A DNA stretch of 64,000 nucleotides, from contig NC_043010.1 of assembly GCF_006345805.1 (NCBI RefSeq), positions 10,664,001-10,728,000 on the forward strand, in the 5' to 3' direction. Position 1 is the first letter of the stretch, and the number at the start of each line of letters is the position of its first letter. Position numbers and translations under genes: made by a program. Shown one piece after another: positions 50,711-63,227 of this stretch. The DNA is from Octopus sinensis (taxonomy: Eukaryota). The notes under the pieces are model-generated. The model worked only from the letters and a program-made list of their open reading frames with translations. It was not told the origin of the DNA and did not search any database.

Positions 50711-51607
50711 ATGAGGAGGTCTGAAAAGTTTCTGGCTTTAAGGATATTGTGAAAAATCTGGTTGGAGGCCAAATATTTCAAGTTCTCTTACAGGGCTTAG
50801 AAAAATTGTTTTATGTTTAAACACGTCAGATCCAGCCTCTCACAACTATTAATGTCATTCTAAAAAGTATACAATCACCTCATCAAAATCTGAGAGCTAT
50901 GAGATAAAGCATAATCAATTTCAACATTTCAAGTTTTTTTACTGGGCTTAGAAAAACGAAGGACTGCTGCAATAAATGTGTGAATCTGAGAGGGGAATAT
51001 CTCTCTCTATATAAACGGCAGTTTGTCTGTCTGTGTGTCTGTCAGGTTGTACCCTCACCCTGACCACGGCTTTCAACCGATTCTGATGAAACTTGACACA
51101 CACATAGCCCAATGTCATAATTCAAAACAAACGCAGCGAAAATTTTGAAAAGTTCCCCAGTTTTGAAAAAATCGATAAATTCGACATGGAGTCGAGAATC
51201 TAAGATTTTTATATGCAACACATTTTCTGTTGTAGTTTTCGCAACTTGCAATCGATTTTCACCAAACTCATGGTGAAGCTTAATGTTACCCTAAGAAACT
51301 TAATTCTGATGTTAGTTTTCAATGCAATACCTTACCATCAGAAAAAAATCGATAAAATCATGCCATTTTGGGAAATCGCGTTTTCGCCCAAACGGACAGC
51401 TAGGAACATCGTATACACAGAAGACATTGCAACCTACACATGCACCTTCGTTCCCTAGAGGGAAAGGACTAGATTGGGATTAGTCGTTGCCTACTAGGGG
51501 CTCTTACATACCCGGGCAACGCCGGGCTATGCTGCTAGTATTCAATGAAATCATGATTAACTGATCCTCTTTTATCCAAAGCCAGGAACTTTTCAGCACC
51601 CTCTTGT
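50711..51607. mobile_element. Mariner-like MITE hosting a piggyBac-MITE fragment and a Helitron
   Basis: TIRs GAGG.GG.CTGAAAAGTT.CTGGCTTT / AAAGCCAGGAACTTTTCAGCACCCTC. Confidence 0.6.
51000..51538 (+). mobile_element. Non-autonomous Helitron
   Basis: A|TC 5' end, subterminal hairpin CCCGGGCAACGCCGGG, CTAG|T 3' end, no TSD. Confidence 0.8.
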
Positions 51608-52299
51608 AAATATGTATTATATTTAACAGAGAAATTTGAATGCTAAAGGATTAAACACTTTACACAGAGCACATTTCAAACCAATTTCCAAATAATAAAT
51701 TATTTTCTTTTTTTCTCAGTCTGTTGTTGATTGCAATAGATATGAAATTGTAACAACAAAAGTCACTCACTTTTGGTTTCCACTATATTTATTTTCAGTT
51801 CCAACCTTGTTTTCTCATTGACATTTTTCTATGGTCCTAAACTTAATGGAAATATTGAAAGAAAAATGTTATGAAATTTCTGCAGTTACTTATTTCTCAC
51901 ATCTGCTCAAAGAATGCCTCCATATTCTTGTCTGATAATTCAAGCTCACTCTTTATACATTTGCTAATGTAAGTTTAAATTCTCTGTTTTTACAAGATAT
52001 TATTGTTGTCATTACTTCATGAGTTATTTTTTAAAATTCCTTTTTATTTTTTAACCATTTCTTTTTTTTTATTATTTGATTTTACTTTCCATTCTTCATT
52101 GTTACAGCTTCTACTATATGTTAATTTGTTGACAGTTTTTTTGGCTGTATCCAGCCAACAAACTTTTCACTAATATGATTTCTACAAAAGTTTTCCATTC
52201 TAATGTTTTCCAGATTACACTGTAGAGATACTCTTTGACACATCAGAAGACGATCTCCTAATAGTTTGCTGCCAAGTACTACAAGGTAGGAATGAGAAA

Positions 52300-52830
52300 A
52301 GTGTTGTGAAGACTGGGACATTGGTCGTCTCAAGAAAGTCTTTCCAGTACATTCTGATTGTCAGTAGGACATAAGACAAGTAGAGAAGTTTAACCCTTTC
52401 GTTACTATATTTATTTTGAGATGCTCTGTGTTTCTTTAAATTACTTTAAATATAACAAAGAATTTTGTAAAATAACTTAGTTATCATTAAGCTAGTGTTA
52501 GGAACATAAATTGTGACAAAGGTTTGGTGGAAGATTTTAATTCAAAACTTGTGAAAACAAGATATTTGTACTCAGAGCCAGAGCCGGTTTCAGCCGGGTT
52601 GGTAATGAAAGGGTTAAGTATCTTGGGAATGTATTCATGAGTGATGGGAGGCAGGAGGCTGAACTAGAAGCTAGAACTGCAGGTGCCAGCAGAGTGATAG
52701 GCCAAATTCAGCATATGATCCTTAGAAGAGGAGAGGTTGGTAAAAGAAGCCAAACTTGCTATCTTCATTTCAGTTTTCGGGTCTATCATCACTTATGGTC
52801 ATGAATGTTGAGTAATGACTGAAAAAACAT
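52300..52830 (+). pseudogene. RTE reverse transcriptase C-terminal remnant split by a MITE
   Basis: QVEKF|KYLGNVFMSDGRQEAELEART...KEAKLAIFISVFGSIITYGHEC*VMTEK. Confidence 0.7.
52394..52613. mobile_element. piggyBac-like MITE with TTAA TSD
   Basis: TTAA|CCCTTTCGTTAC ... GTAATGAAAGGG|TTAA. Confidence 0.8.
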
Positions 52831-52839
52831 TGGTGTGAA

Positions 52840-53030
52840 TACAGGTGCCATGTAAAAAGCATCCAGTCCACACTGTAAAGTGGTTGGCATTAAGAAGGGC
52901 ATCCAGTTGTAGAAGCCAAACCTAAACAGGTTATAGAGCCTGGTGTTGCCCCTTGTCTTGCCAGTTCTTGTGAAGCCATCCAACCTGTGTCAGCTTGGAT
53001 AACAGACTTTAAATGATGAAGACAATCATG
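52840..53030 (+). mobile_element. Diverged family C copy
   Basis: GTGGTTGGCATTAAGAAGGGCATCCAG...CCAACCTGTG. Confidence 0.65.
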
Positions 53031-53800
53031 AACATGATGTCCGTAGTATTATACAAATTCAATTCTTGTATTAATATTGTGGTTTGCTTCAGAAAGCCTG
53101 TCTACTGCTATTAGCCAGCAGGCATGATTTTACCACAAAGTTATTCATTTTACTGAAGATATATTTATATTTATATTTATATACAGGTAGGGTCAAAAGT
53201 AGGTGTACACTTTTTGAATTAACTTCTTTTTTTTTTTACGTGTACCATGAATAATGGCAAATAATTTGAGTCAAGAACAAAGAAAGTGGATTCTAAAGCA
53301 GTATTGGAAGACTGAAAATGCTGAGTAGGTGTGTATGGCATGGAGAGAAGCATTCTCCAGTAACATGACTGACAATACATTGCATGAGGTAAATTTGGAA
53401 AAATGGGTTCAGTGGTCAATACATCGAAATATGGACATCTTTGAACGTCAATGAGTGAAGAAAATGAGATAACATTTGTGAACAATCCGCAAAAGTCCAC
53501 ATGCCATGCATCACAGGGGCTATCCATACAGAAAACACCTTTGTGAGGCTTAATGAGTAAATTGAAATTGAAACTATATCATCCACGGCTGGTACATGGT
53601 CTTCTGGAGGATGCCCTAGATTATCAATTGCAAATTCTGTGAGACGATGCATGAAAAAATCACTAATGAACAACCAGACATTCTTGATAAAATCACCTGG
53701 TCCGATGAGGCTTGTTTCAAGTTGTCAGACCACATAAACAGGCATAACTGTGTGTGCTGGGTAGATGGAAATCTTCATTTAGTATCACAGTGTGGGGTAG

Positions 53801-54106
53801 CAGAGGCACATGGCCTAGTGGTTAGAGCAGCAGACTCGCGGTTGAGGGATCGCGGGTTCGAATCTCAGACCAGGCGGTCTGTGTGTGTTTATGAGTGAAA
53901 CACCTAAGCTCCATGCTGCTTCCAGCAGAAGGTAAAAGCGAACTTCTGCTGACTCTTTCGCCACAACTTTCTCTCACTCTTTCCTCCTGCATCTTGCAGC
54001 TCACCTGCAACGGACTGGCATCTCATCCAGGTGGGGAACCTATACGCCAAGGAAACTGGGAAACCGGCCCTTATGAGCCGGGCATGGCTTGAGAAGGAAC
54101 AAACAA
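53801..54106 (+). mobile_element. SINE group D, tail type 3
   Basis: tRNA-like head with GGTTCGAATC; (AAAC)n tail; TSD ACAGTGTGGG(G/A)TA. Confidence 0.85.
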
Positions 54107-54348
54107 ACAGTGTGGGATACACTGTCCTGCAAAGGTGTTGTAGGACCAATTTTCTTTGATAGAACTGTGAATAGTAACAGTTACTTAAACATGCTTCATG
54201 ATGTAATTTTGGCACAATTTAAAACCAGAGCAAATTTTTCCAAATTGTTCTCTCAGTAAGATGGGGGGGGGGGCAGCAGCTCATCATGCTTTAACTGTAA
54301 GAGATTACCTTGACAATAACTTCCCACAGCACTGGATTGAATGCTGGG

Positions 54349-54467
54349 GCTTACGGCCATAACACGTTTAAAGCACCGGTTCTCGTCCGATCACCGAAGT
54401 TAAGCAACATCGACCCTAGTTAGTACTTAGATGGTGACCGCTTGGGAAACCTAGGTACTGTAAGCAA
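54349..54467 (+). rRNA. 5S rRNA full-length copy (probable retropseudogene) with 3' trailer ATCCCG(T)7
   Basis: GCTTACGGCCATAAC...CCGGTTCTCGTCCGATCACCGAAGTTAAGC...TTAGTACTT.GATGG-TGACCGCTTGGGAA..CTAGGT.CTGTAAGC; GCTTAC/GTAAGC terminal stem. Confidence 0.9.
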
Positions 54468-54481
54468 TCCCGTTTTTTTGT

Positions 54482-54870
54482 AAGGCGGCGAGCTGGCAGA
54501 AACGTTAGCGCGCCGGGCGAAATGCTTAGCAGTATTTCGTCTGCCGCTACGTTCTGAGTTCAAATTCCGCCGAGGTTGACTTTGCCTTTCATCCTCTTGA
54601 GGTCGATAAATAAAGTACCAGTTTCTCACTGGGTCGATGTAATCGACTTAATCCCTTTGTGTGTCCTTGTTTGTCCCCTCTATGTTTAGCCCCTTGTGGG
54701 TAGTAAAAAAATAGATATTTCGTCTGTCTTTATGTTCTGAGTTCAAATTCTGCCGATGTCGACTTTGCCTTTCATCCTCTCGGGGTCGATAAATAAAGTA
54801 CCAGTTTAGCACTTTGTGTGTCCTTGTTTGTCCCCTCTATGTTTAGCCCCTTGTAGGTAGTAAAGAAATA
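54482..54870 (+). mobile_element. SINE B dimer fused downstream of the 5S copy
   Basis: Full unit 54482-54712 plus clipped unit 54713-54870; the whole 5S-SINE block is flanked by TGGATTGAATGCTGGGG (54333-54349, 54871-54887). Confidence 0.85.
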
Positions 54871-55122
54871 TGGATTGAATGCTGGGGCAGCATCGAATGG
54901 ACACCACATTCACCCGACTTTATACCAATGAACTTCTTTTGGGGGAGAATAGTAAAAAAAAACTCCACGCAGTGGACAAATTAAATGAGTTCAATTTTTA
55001 TTGAAATTGATGCCGATCAGAATTTGTGTTGTGTTGTGCGCTGCAGTGTTCTGGAAAGATTTGAGAAATGTTGCAATGCAGAATGTTGAAAGAGGACATT
55101 TTGAGCATTTATGAAATTAAAA

Positions 55123-55532
55123 TCTTTTACTCTTTTACTTGTTTCAGTCATTTGACTGCGGCCATGCAGGAGCACCGCCTTTAATCGAGCAAATCGACCC
55201 CGGGACTTATTCTTTTGTAAGCCCATTACTTATTCTATCGGTCTATTTTGCCGAACCGCTAAGTGACGGGGACGTAAACACACCAGCATCGGTTGTCAAG
55301 CAATGCTAGGGGACAAACACAGACACACAAACATATACACACACACTTATATATATATATACATATATACGACAGGCTTCTTTCAGTTTCCGTCTACTAA
55401 ATCCACTCACAAGGCATTGGTCGGCCCGGGGCTATAGCAGAAGACACTTGCCCAAAATGCCACGCAGTGGGACTGAACCCGGAACCATGTAGTTGGTTCG
55501 CAAGCTACTTACTACACAGCCACTCCTGCGCC
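55123..55532 (-). mobile_element. SINE family A
   Basis: Full-length; nested in the DD41D element. Confidence 0.85.
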
Positions 55533-56126
55533 TAAACCACTCCTGTTTAATAAATATAATTTGTTGCTATTATGTTAAACTGTCATATGTCCAAATTTGG
55601 CCAAATGCATTTTTTTCAATATCTAATTTTGCTTGCAATAGCTGGTTCTTTTGGTTGAACTATCGTATCTCCAGCAGTTTCAGATGCCAAAATATGAAAA
55701 TTGTCAAATGTAGTACAACGGTTTAGCATTTTTCAAAAGTGTAATAAGTCCCACATAGGACAGTTTTGCAAAAATATTTCTGACTGAAAATTATGGTACA
55801 TGCATGGATTTACGATTTTATGCATCCAACAAACAGAAACTTTTGCTAATGTAAACAAAAGAAATGGAATGGTGAATATATTTTTTTGTTTTCTGAAAAA
55901 AACAACGTTTTGGACTTACGACACTTTCACATGATAGCAATGAATTGTAATAAATAAATGTAAATGTAATAAAATGAGAAAATTCTGAAGTGTATGCCTA
56001 CTTTTGGCCCACCGAATATATAAAAATCTATCTATTTATCTGTCTATATATATATATTTTGTCTGTATGTATATGTGTGCGTATGTATATACATATATAT
56101 ATATATATATATGCATATATATATAT

Positions 56127-56160
<34 letters not shown>

Positions 56161-56194
56161 GATATATGCATATATATATATATATATATATATA

Positions 56195-56382
56195 GCTAAT
56201 CCAAACAAGAAAACACAAAAAAACGCAACAACGCGAGGACGTGGAACAAATATAGTATTATGGATGCTCAGGAAGGAAGGGAAGAAGGAGGGTTTAACGT
56301 TTTGAGCGGAGCTCTTCGTCGGAAACATAGAAGAAGGAAAGATCCCGACAAGGGAAGACAGAGGAAACAAAATCGCCAACGG
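56195..56382 (-). mobile_element. Family E copy (motif at 56292-56326) within (TA)n
   Basis: Reverse complement of 11890-12084; GAAA mutated to AAAA. Confidence 0.7.
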
Positions 56383-56407
56383 TATATATATATATATATA
56401 TGATATA

Positions 56408-56722
56408 TCAGATCATCCCATAAGTTCTGTTTGATTTTACCTTTTTTTAAATTGAATGAAATTTAATAGTATTTCAGAATGTCTAATGGAATTAAAAATT
56501 ACTTTTATGCATTTGTGTATGTTTAAACTAATTAAATATTATTTTACAGAATAATAAAATTAAAATTTCTTTGATTAAAACCCTATCTAACAGGGAAGTA
56601 TCCAAAGAGCATTTGAGGCACATAGTACTTTATGAGTACAAAAAAGGAAACTCTGCAGCCGAAGCGACTCGAAACATGCACTCAGTTTATGGGAAAGAAT
56701 GCTTGAATGAAAGAACTTGCAT
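56408..56722 (+). pseudogene. Mariner transposase 5' region / N-terminal HTH remnant
   Basis: EVSKEHLRHIVLYEYKKGNSAAEATRNMHSVYGKECLNERTC (56595-56720). Confidence 0.75.
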
Positions 56723-57086
56723 TTAATCAGGTTCTCTAATGATTCAGCCAATTTTTCATTCACCTGAAGTAAATACAGTATTAAAACATCAGGCAGATTT
56801 GAACTCATGATATATGAAATAATGGTCTAACACCATATCCACTTAACCAATTAGTTTTCATTTATAAATTTATGGTACACACACACACACACACACACAT
56901 GCTCGCACAAATATACACACAAATGCACATACACACATACCCACACACATGTATATGAGTGTGTTATTGCTTTTATATCTGTGTGTGTGTGCTTTCTGTG
57001 TAAATGTTGCCTGTTTTTGTGTTTATACGTATTCACAAATGCATACATTCATACATACATTCATATACACACACACGTTATATGTA

Positions 57087-57129
<43 letters not shown>

Positions 57130-57229
57130 TGCACATATACACAAAGATATACAAGTAAACCACTTTTATGCATGCATACTTAAACCATATAAATATCTTT
57201 AGTGATATATTCATACATACATATATATA

Positions 57230-57330
<101 letters not shown>

Positions 57331-58579
57331 ATACACACACATACATATATATATATATACAGAGAGAGAGCTGTGTGTACGTGCATGCATACACACTCAC
57401 AAGCATGCATATTTGTGTGCATATATATACATGAATATGAGTGTGCATTTGTTTGTGTTTTTATGTGTATGTATCTGTGTGTGTATGTGTGTGAGTGCGT
57501 TTGATGTGCGTGCATGTCTGTGTGTGTCAGATATTACAGGAAAGATGCAGTTAAAGTTTCTTTGATTTATTGTATCTCTCTTACACTGATTTTATACAGT
57601 CTTTTTCTTGAAATAAAGTCGCTAATAGTTCCAGGGAATTCCAGTGAAGAAAAGCTTTTCTATTCCACAGTTAAGTAATGTCCTCTTACAAGCAAGCAGA
57701 GAATGCCAGTTTCATAGCAAGCGTGTTTATGGCAATTTGCCATTGTAACTTTGGATAAGTGAAAGAGATTTAAAAATCATAAATCTCATGTGATATATAG
57801 ATATTGCTATGGAGCTATTATGCTGGAATGTCCAAAGATAATGGCCTTGTCATTGAACTGATTTTTGCATGAGGAATATTTTCAATTTTGCCTCTGAAAA
57901 CTTCCATTCTCTTTAGCTGTTTGACTTAAGATCATTATAAGTTCTCAAGCGAGAATACAAGGAACAATCTACTAAATCAAATACAAATTCAAAGTTAATA
58001 TCATTGAAGAATTTTATATTGAGACTTTGTGGAGTTCTTGTTGTGCTGAAGTTAATGGTGTTAATTTAGAAATCTTTACTGCATGGACAATTTTAGTTTA
58101 GATTCTCTAGAGTAGGAGAAAATATAGAAATTGTAGCTACGATTAAACACATTTCACATTTCTCAGGTGGTATATTACTTCTTTCCTTATCAATATACCT
58201 GTTTTGTCCTTCTTTAAATTCTTACCCAGTGACTCATAAGTTCAGTTCTGAATACACAGGTTTCTTTTACAGTCAGTTGAAACATTTATGTCCTGACATT
58301 ATGGAGAGGATGTCTGTCTGTCTGACTTTTAGTTACCTGCAAACAGTGCCATTTTAAGGCGTGTGTATACTGGGAAATTGCCAAGGGGCCTCACGGACAC
58401 AAGATTTATGTATTTTGAATTATGTAATTTGTCGTTGTTTGCAGTCAAAGTTAATGCTATAGAGCACATTGCATTGATTTGCCTAGGGTCCTATAATGTT
58501 GCCAAGATTGCACAGTCTGTGAGAACTAATGCATTTTGTTTGAGTCCAACCCATACTAGGTTGGAAAAACGGACGTTAA

Positions 58580-58610
<31 letters not shown>

Positions 58611-58809
58611 GCTTGATGTATATATAGGTGAACAGTCACCAGTGTTGGAGAGCATGAAGATTAAAGTTGTAGTTGAGAAAATGTTAGTTGATACAGGGGA
58701 CTGGAAGACATCTGAATATTGGAAAGAAATCATTTGTGCCATGATGATCTGTACCGGGCATCAGAATGCCAACATCATAACTTCTGCTTAATACTCTGCG
58801 AACATAGTA

Positions 58810-59690
58810 AGACATGTCCCCCATGTATCTAGGAAACCAAGTTCCTCCAAACTGTGACAGACCATCACAGCTGATTCCATGCCACCCCACATCTTTGAGC
58901 AGGGGCCTCCATCCCAATTCAGACAGCAATGTAAAGCTGCAGGAGAATGTAGCCAAACCCTGGCAGGGATGGGTTGCTACTGAAAAGCCATATGTGTGGC
59001 AGCAGGATTTCAATCTTTGCCATACCTCTGAAAAGAGTCAGAAATTATTCTCAGAGAATCTCTGGATGGATGGAAGCACTCCGTTGGTTACAACGACGAG
59101 AGTTCCGGGTGATCCAATCAACGGAACAGCCTGCTCGTGAAATTAACGTGTAAGTGGCTGAGCACTCCACAGACACGTGTACCCTTAACGTAGTTCTCGG
59201 GGATATTCAGCGTGACACAGAGAGTGACAAGGCCGGCCCTTTGAAATACAGGTACAACAGAAACAGGAAGTTAGAGTGAGAGAAAGTTGTGGTGAAAGAG
59301 TACAGCAGGGATCACCACCATCCCCTGCCAGAGCCTCATGGAGCTTTAGGTGTTTTCGCTCAATAAATACTCACAACGCCCGGTCTGGGAATCGAAACCG
59401 CGATCCTACGACCGCGAGTCCGCTGCCCTAACCACTGGGCCATTGCGCCTCCACTAGAGAATCTCTATGACTTCAACAGCCCAATTTCTGGCCTCCTAAT
59501 TCACCTAACTGTAATCCCATGAATTACTATATGTGAGGTGCATTATAGAAAGACATCACCCACACTGCCTGCAACACCGAGGCCAAGCTAGTGACCAAAA
59601 TCAAGGGACACAGTGAAGAATGCACGTTCCAGGTTCCAGAACCATCTTGAGACAGTGATGGAAGTCGAGTGGAGTTACTTTGAGTAAACT
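58810..59690 (+). pseudogene. maT (DD37D) transposase remnant interrupted by a SINE D
   Basis: TKFLQTV..MPPHIFEQGL..KPW...PYVWQQD...FWPPNSPNCNPMNYY; 37-residue spacing after removing the insert and one frameshift. Confidence 0.75.
59064..59455 (-). mobile_element. SINE group D, tail type 2
   Basis: 11-bp TSD AGAGAATCTCT (59053-59063, 59456-59466). Confidence 0.85.
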
Positions 59691-60469
59691 GTTACTTCCC
59701 AGGCATAATCTAATGGATATTTATTGATATTTGAGAATACTTATATTTTGGATGGGATAATGTGTTTTCCTTTCCTTTTCTGCAAAGTATCAAATATAGC
59801 CTGAACAGCCTATAAATAGCTTCCTACTAAATGGGTTACTGCTTCACATACAACCTAAGAATCTTAAGAAGCATAATGGCAGTGAGGCTAAGGTGCTGAA
59901 CGCACAGAGCTGACAGTCATCAGTTCAAATATAACTGCAAAATCCATTATGCTTTGGACAAACCTTGTTAATAGATCTACTTCTTTATTTTATATCATGC
60001 ATTTCTGAGCAGTAGTGCGGTTGGCTGCAGATTTACAATAGACTAATCATTAGTTCACTGCACTTCCAAAAGCAAGAGTTACAGACAAGTGTTTGAGTAA
60101 CTTAAAATAAAAGCGCAGGAGATATAAAATACAGAAAAAGTGACAGATATTTAACATTATGTACCACATGGTATTTTGTCACTTTCCATCAATTTCTTCA
60201 CATTTATATTACAGTTTGTCAAGTATATATATGACAAGTATTGCCAATACTGGATTTTATCAACCCAAATCTGTGTTTATCCATAACCATCTGGGTTTCT
60301 TGGACTATATTTGGAATACATTAAATAATCTGAAAGTAAATTTGTAAAAATAATTATTTTTGTATACATGTGTGTTGTGTGTGTGTATGTGTGAGTATGT
60401 GTGCATGTATGTGTGTGCATATGTGCTTAAAATAGTTTTTAAGAATTTGAACTAATTTCACAAAGTTAT

Positions 60470-60790
60470 TGATTGATTACTGACTTACTTAAGCCCTTCA
60501 ATTCCTAAGGAACATTGGCCATCAATGACTTTCCTCTACTGTTCTTGATTCTGGGCTGTCTTTTGTGCTTCTCTGAGAGAAGGCCTTCCTCCAACAGATC
60601 TTGTTGGTTTATTTTTTGCTAATTTGGGGCATAGCCTTATGCAAAACCCATTTTTACATCTGGGAAAAAGTGGTCCCTATTAGCCTTCCCTCTGTCCTTT
60701 GACTTGTCCAGCATGGGAGGCCCTTCAAGGAGCTTGAACTTCGCTGGTATAGCTCTAAGTGTCACTAAGTTACACTAGTGATTACAACAA
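60470..60790 (-). mobile_element. Short bipartite RTE derivative (5' UTR-like part joined to the extreme 3' end)
   Basis: Minus strand CTTGTTG..GTGTAACTTAGTGACACTTAGAGCTATACCAGCG...CTCCCATGCTGGACAAGTCAAAGG, then KTAQNQEQ*RKVIDGQCS and a (TAAG/TCAA)-like tail. Confidence 0.5.
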
Positions 60791-61299
60791 GAGCTGAACT
60801 TTGTGGTAATATTGATAGATTAAGCAATAATTAAATGAGTTTGATCCCCATATGATATGTATAGTACTGTTTAGTCCCTGGGGGCCCTGACATTTAAAAT
60901 TGGTGATGGTCATGCACAATGATAGGTGTATGTATGGCTACAGTTTTTCAGGCATCATAACTTTGTTTACGTCTATAGATTATATACCATTTTCCCTCTA
61001 TCACAATGCAAGCTGTCCCACTAAATAAAATAAAAATAAAAAATAAATAAATAGATAGATAAATATACGGTATATGCTGTCATTCAAGAAAAAATTCTCT
61101 CTGAGATCCTGAGCTTCAGGATTGGCTTCAGTATGATAAAATGATAAAAAAAAAAAAAATGGTGACTGTGAATGTTGCAATGGTTTTCTGAGAAATGCAA
61201 ATAAATCCATGCTAATGAGAAAAAAAAATAGTAAATAAAACCCTCTGAAAAGTATAAGAAATGTTTTGTTGTGGCTAAATCTGCTGTTGATATTATTAA

Positions 61300-61460
61300 A
61301 TCCTTGATGAAAAAGAAGTCGATGGAGACTGAATTGCTTACTGCTGGATATTTTGTTGAAAACATTCCATTTGCAAGCATTGATAATCTCTAACGGTATG
61401 TAAGAGAACATTTTCAGACAGTAAGGTTGCTGAAAAATTATCTACAAAAGAAACAGAATT
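61300..61460 (+). pseudogene. hAT-like transposase remnant
   Basis: ETELLTAGYFVENIPFASIDNL...FSDSKVAEKLS resembles the AE..F.AEHNLPF..DHL..FPDS.IA motif. Confidence 0.5.
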
Positions 61461-61759
61461 TTCGAGTGTCATTCAAGATGGAGTAGTCTTTCAGGAAAAT
61501 TGTGATAGCAGATATCTGCAGGACACAAAAGTTTTCTGCATTCGAGTTAACCAAGTTTTTAGCAATAGTTGTGAGATAGTTTAATTTGAATAAACTTGAT
61601 GTCAAATAAGTTCTGCTAGATACTCTAGTTACTGAAAATGGAGTGGTTCAGATCTTTGGTATGGGAAAGAAATATTTCTTTAAAGAATATTTTGGATTCT
61701 GTATTTTGTATGGATGTTTCTACCATTCATTTGTTTTTTGTGCTAGTCATACTATCAAA

Positions 61760-62312
61760 ATCAAAATCACATTCGATGACTGGCATCCGTACTAGCAGGG
61801 TGCAAAGAGCTCCATATGAGCGTGATCGTTGACAGAGCGGCTAACCGACTTCCATGCCAGTGGCACATAAAAGGCACCATTCGATTGTGATCATTACCAG
61901 CGTTGCCTTACTGGCACTTGTGCCCGTGCTAGTAGAGTGCCAAGAGCACCATCCAAGCGTGATCATTGCCAGAGCAGCCAACTGGCTTCCATGCCAGTGG
62001 CACGTAAAGGAGCACCATTCAAGCGTGATCATTACCAACGTCACCTTACTGACATCTGTGCTGGTGGCATGTGTAAAAAGATTCGAGCAAGGTCGTTGCC
62101 AGTACCGCCTGACTGGCCCCCGTGCCAGTGGCATGTAAAAAGCACCCACTACACTCTCAGAGTGGTTGGCATTAGGAAGGGCATCCAGCTGTAGAAACTC
62201 TGCCAAATCAAGATTGGAGTCTGGTGCAGCCTTCTGGTTCACCAGCCCTCAGTGAAAATCGTCCAACCCATGCTAGCATGGAAAGCAGACGTTAAACGAT
62301 GATGATGATGAT
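61760..62312 (+). mobile_element. Long family C copy with about 6 diverged ~60-bp units
   Basis: Repeated GCCAGTGGCAC.TAAA..GCACCAT..GTGATCATT.CCAG units, then the standard tail and (GAT)n. Confidence 0.8.
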
Positions 62313-62723
62313 ACTGTCAGCACATTTCCCTTATACTTAGAAGCTTTCTAATAGGATTCATCAACTTACATTGTTTCCACAACAGACACAACAGGACTTC
62401 ACACTCATTCAGAAAGTGGTTAGGAAGGGGTTACATTTATTTACCATAAAATATCTAAACTTACACAAGCAAGATATCATTCTCAAGAAGAATTTATTTC
62501 AGTGATATTAGATATCCTTATTAAATGAAATTTAGACAAAGTTGAAGATGCCAGGAAGATTTATGAATGAAGCACATGCCACATGGCTATCAGAATATGC
62601 TGTAGAATGTAAGCAAACTTTAGGTTAATTAAAATATGTTTGGGACATATTTTAACTTCTAATGGAAAATCACTTTATTAAGGAGACAAAATTCTCTCTT
62701 ACAGTAAAAGGTATAAGAATACC

Positions 62724-62955
62724 TATTTTTTTACTACCCACAAGGGGCTAAACACAGAGGGGACAAACAAGGACAGACATAGGTATTAAGTCGATTACAT
62801 CGACCCCAGTGTGTAACTGGTACTTCATTTATCGACCCCGAAAGGATGAAAGGCAAAGTCGACCTCGGCGGAATTTGAACTCACAATGTAACGCAGACAA
62901 AATACCGCTAAGCATTTCGCCCGGCGTGCTAATGTTTCTGCCAGCTCGCCGCCTT
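62724..62955 (-). mobile_element. SINE family B
   Basis: TSD TATAAGAATACC. Confidence 0.85.
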
Positions 62956-63227
62956 ATAAGAATACCGTAATTTCCCGGTCCCTCCACCGATTGGATTCCC
63001 AGAAGGCTGCTTGAATTAACCTAAAGTTTGTATTTCTTAATCACTGCTTGGCACTGGTGCTATTATGTTTACACCAGCTAAGCAGTCAAATAGCACAACA
63101 CAATTACTGATGTTGAATGTTTTTTATTAAAGTTTCTTATTTAACGATGGCGCAGAGTTATGTGGACACCTCTGAGGAGACCTCAATAAGGTTCGAAAAT
63201 CGATTAAGCTTGTTCAGCATTTTTATA

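Larger units (their letters stand above)
53184..56015 (+). mobile_element. Tc1/mariner-superfamily DD41D (rosa/VS-type) transposon fossil with three nested retro-insertions
   Basis: TA|CAGGTAGGGTCAAAAGTAGG TIR, inverted at ~56015; WSDEACFKLSDHINRHNC..W; VW...GVVGPIFF..TVN; DG...WTPHSPDFIPMNFFWG with 41 residues between the 2nd and 3rd catalytic positions after removing inserts and an expanded G run. Confidence 0.8.

Noticed and set aside
54349-54479. Functional 5S rDNA locus
   Set aside because: Single copy, no upstream spacer, apparent substitutions and a deletion near the internal promoter, and inserted inside a transposase with a TSD.
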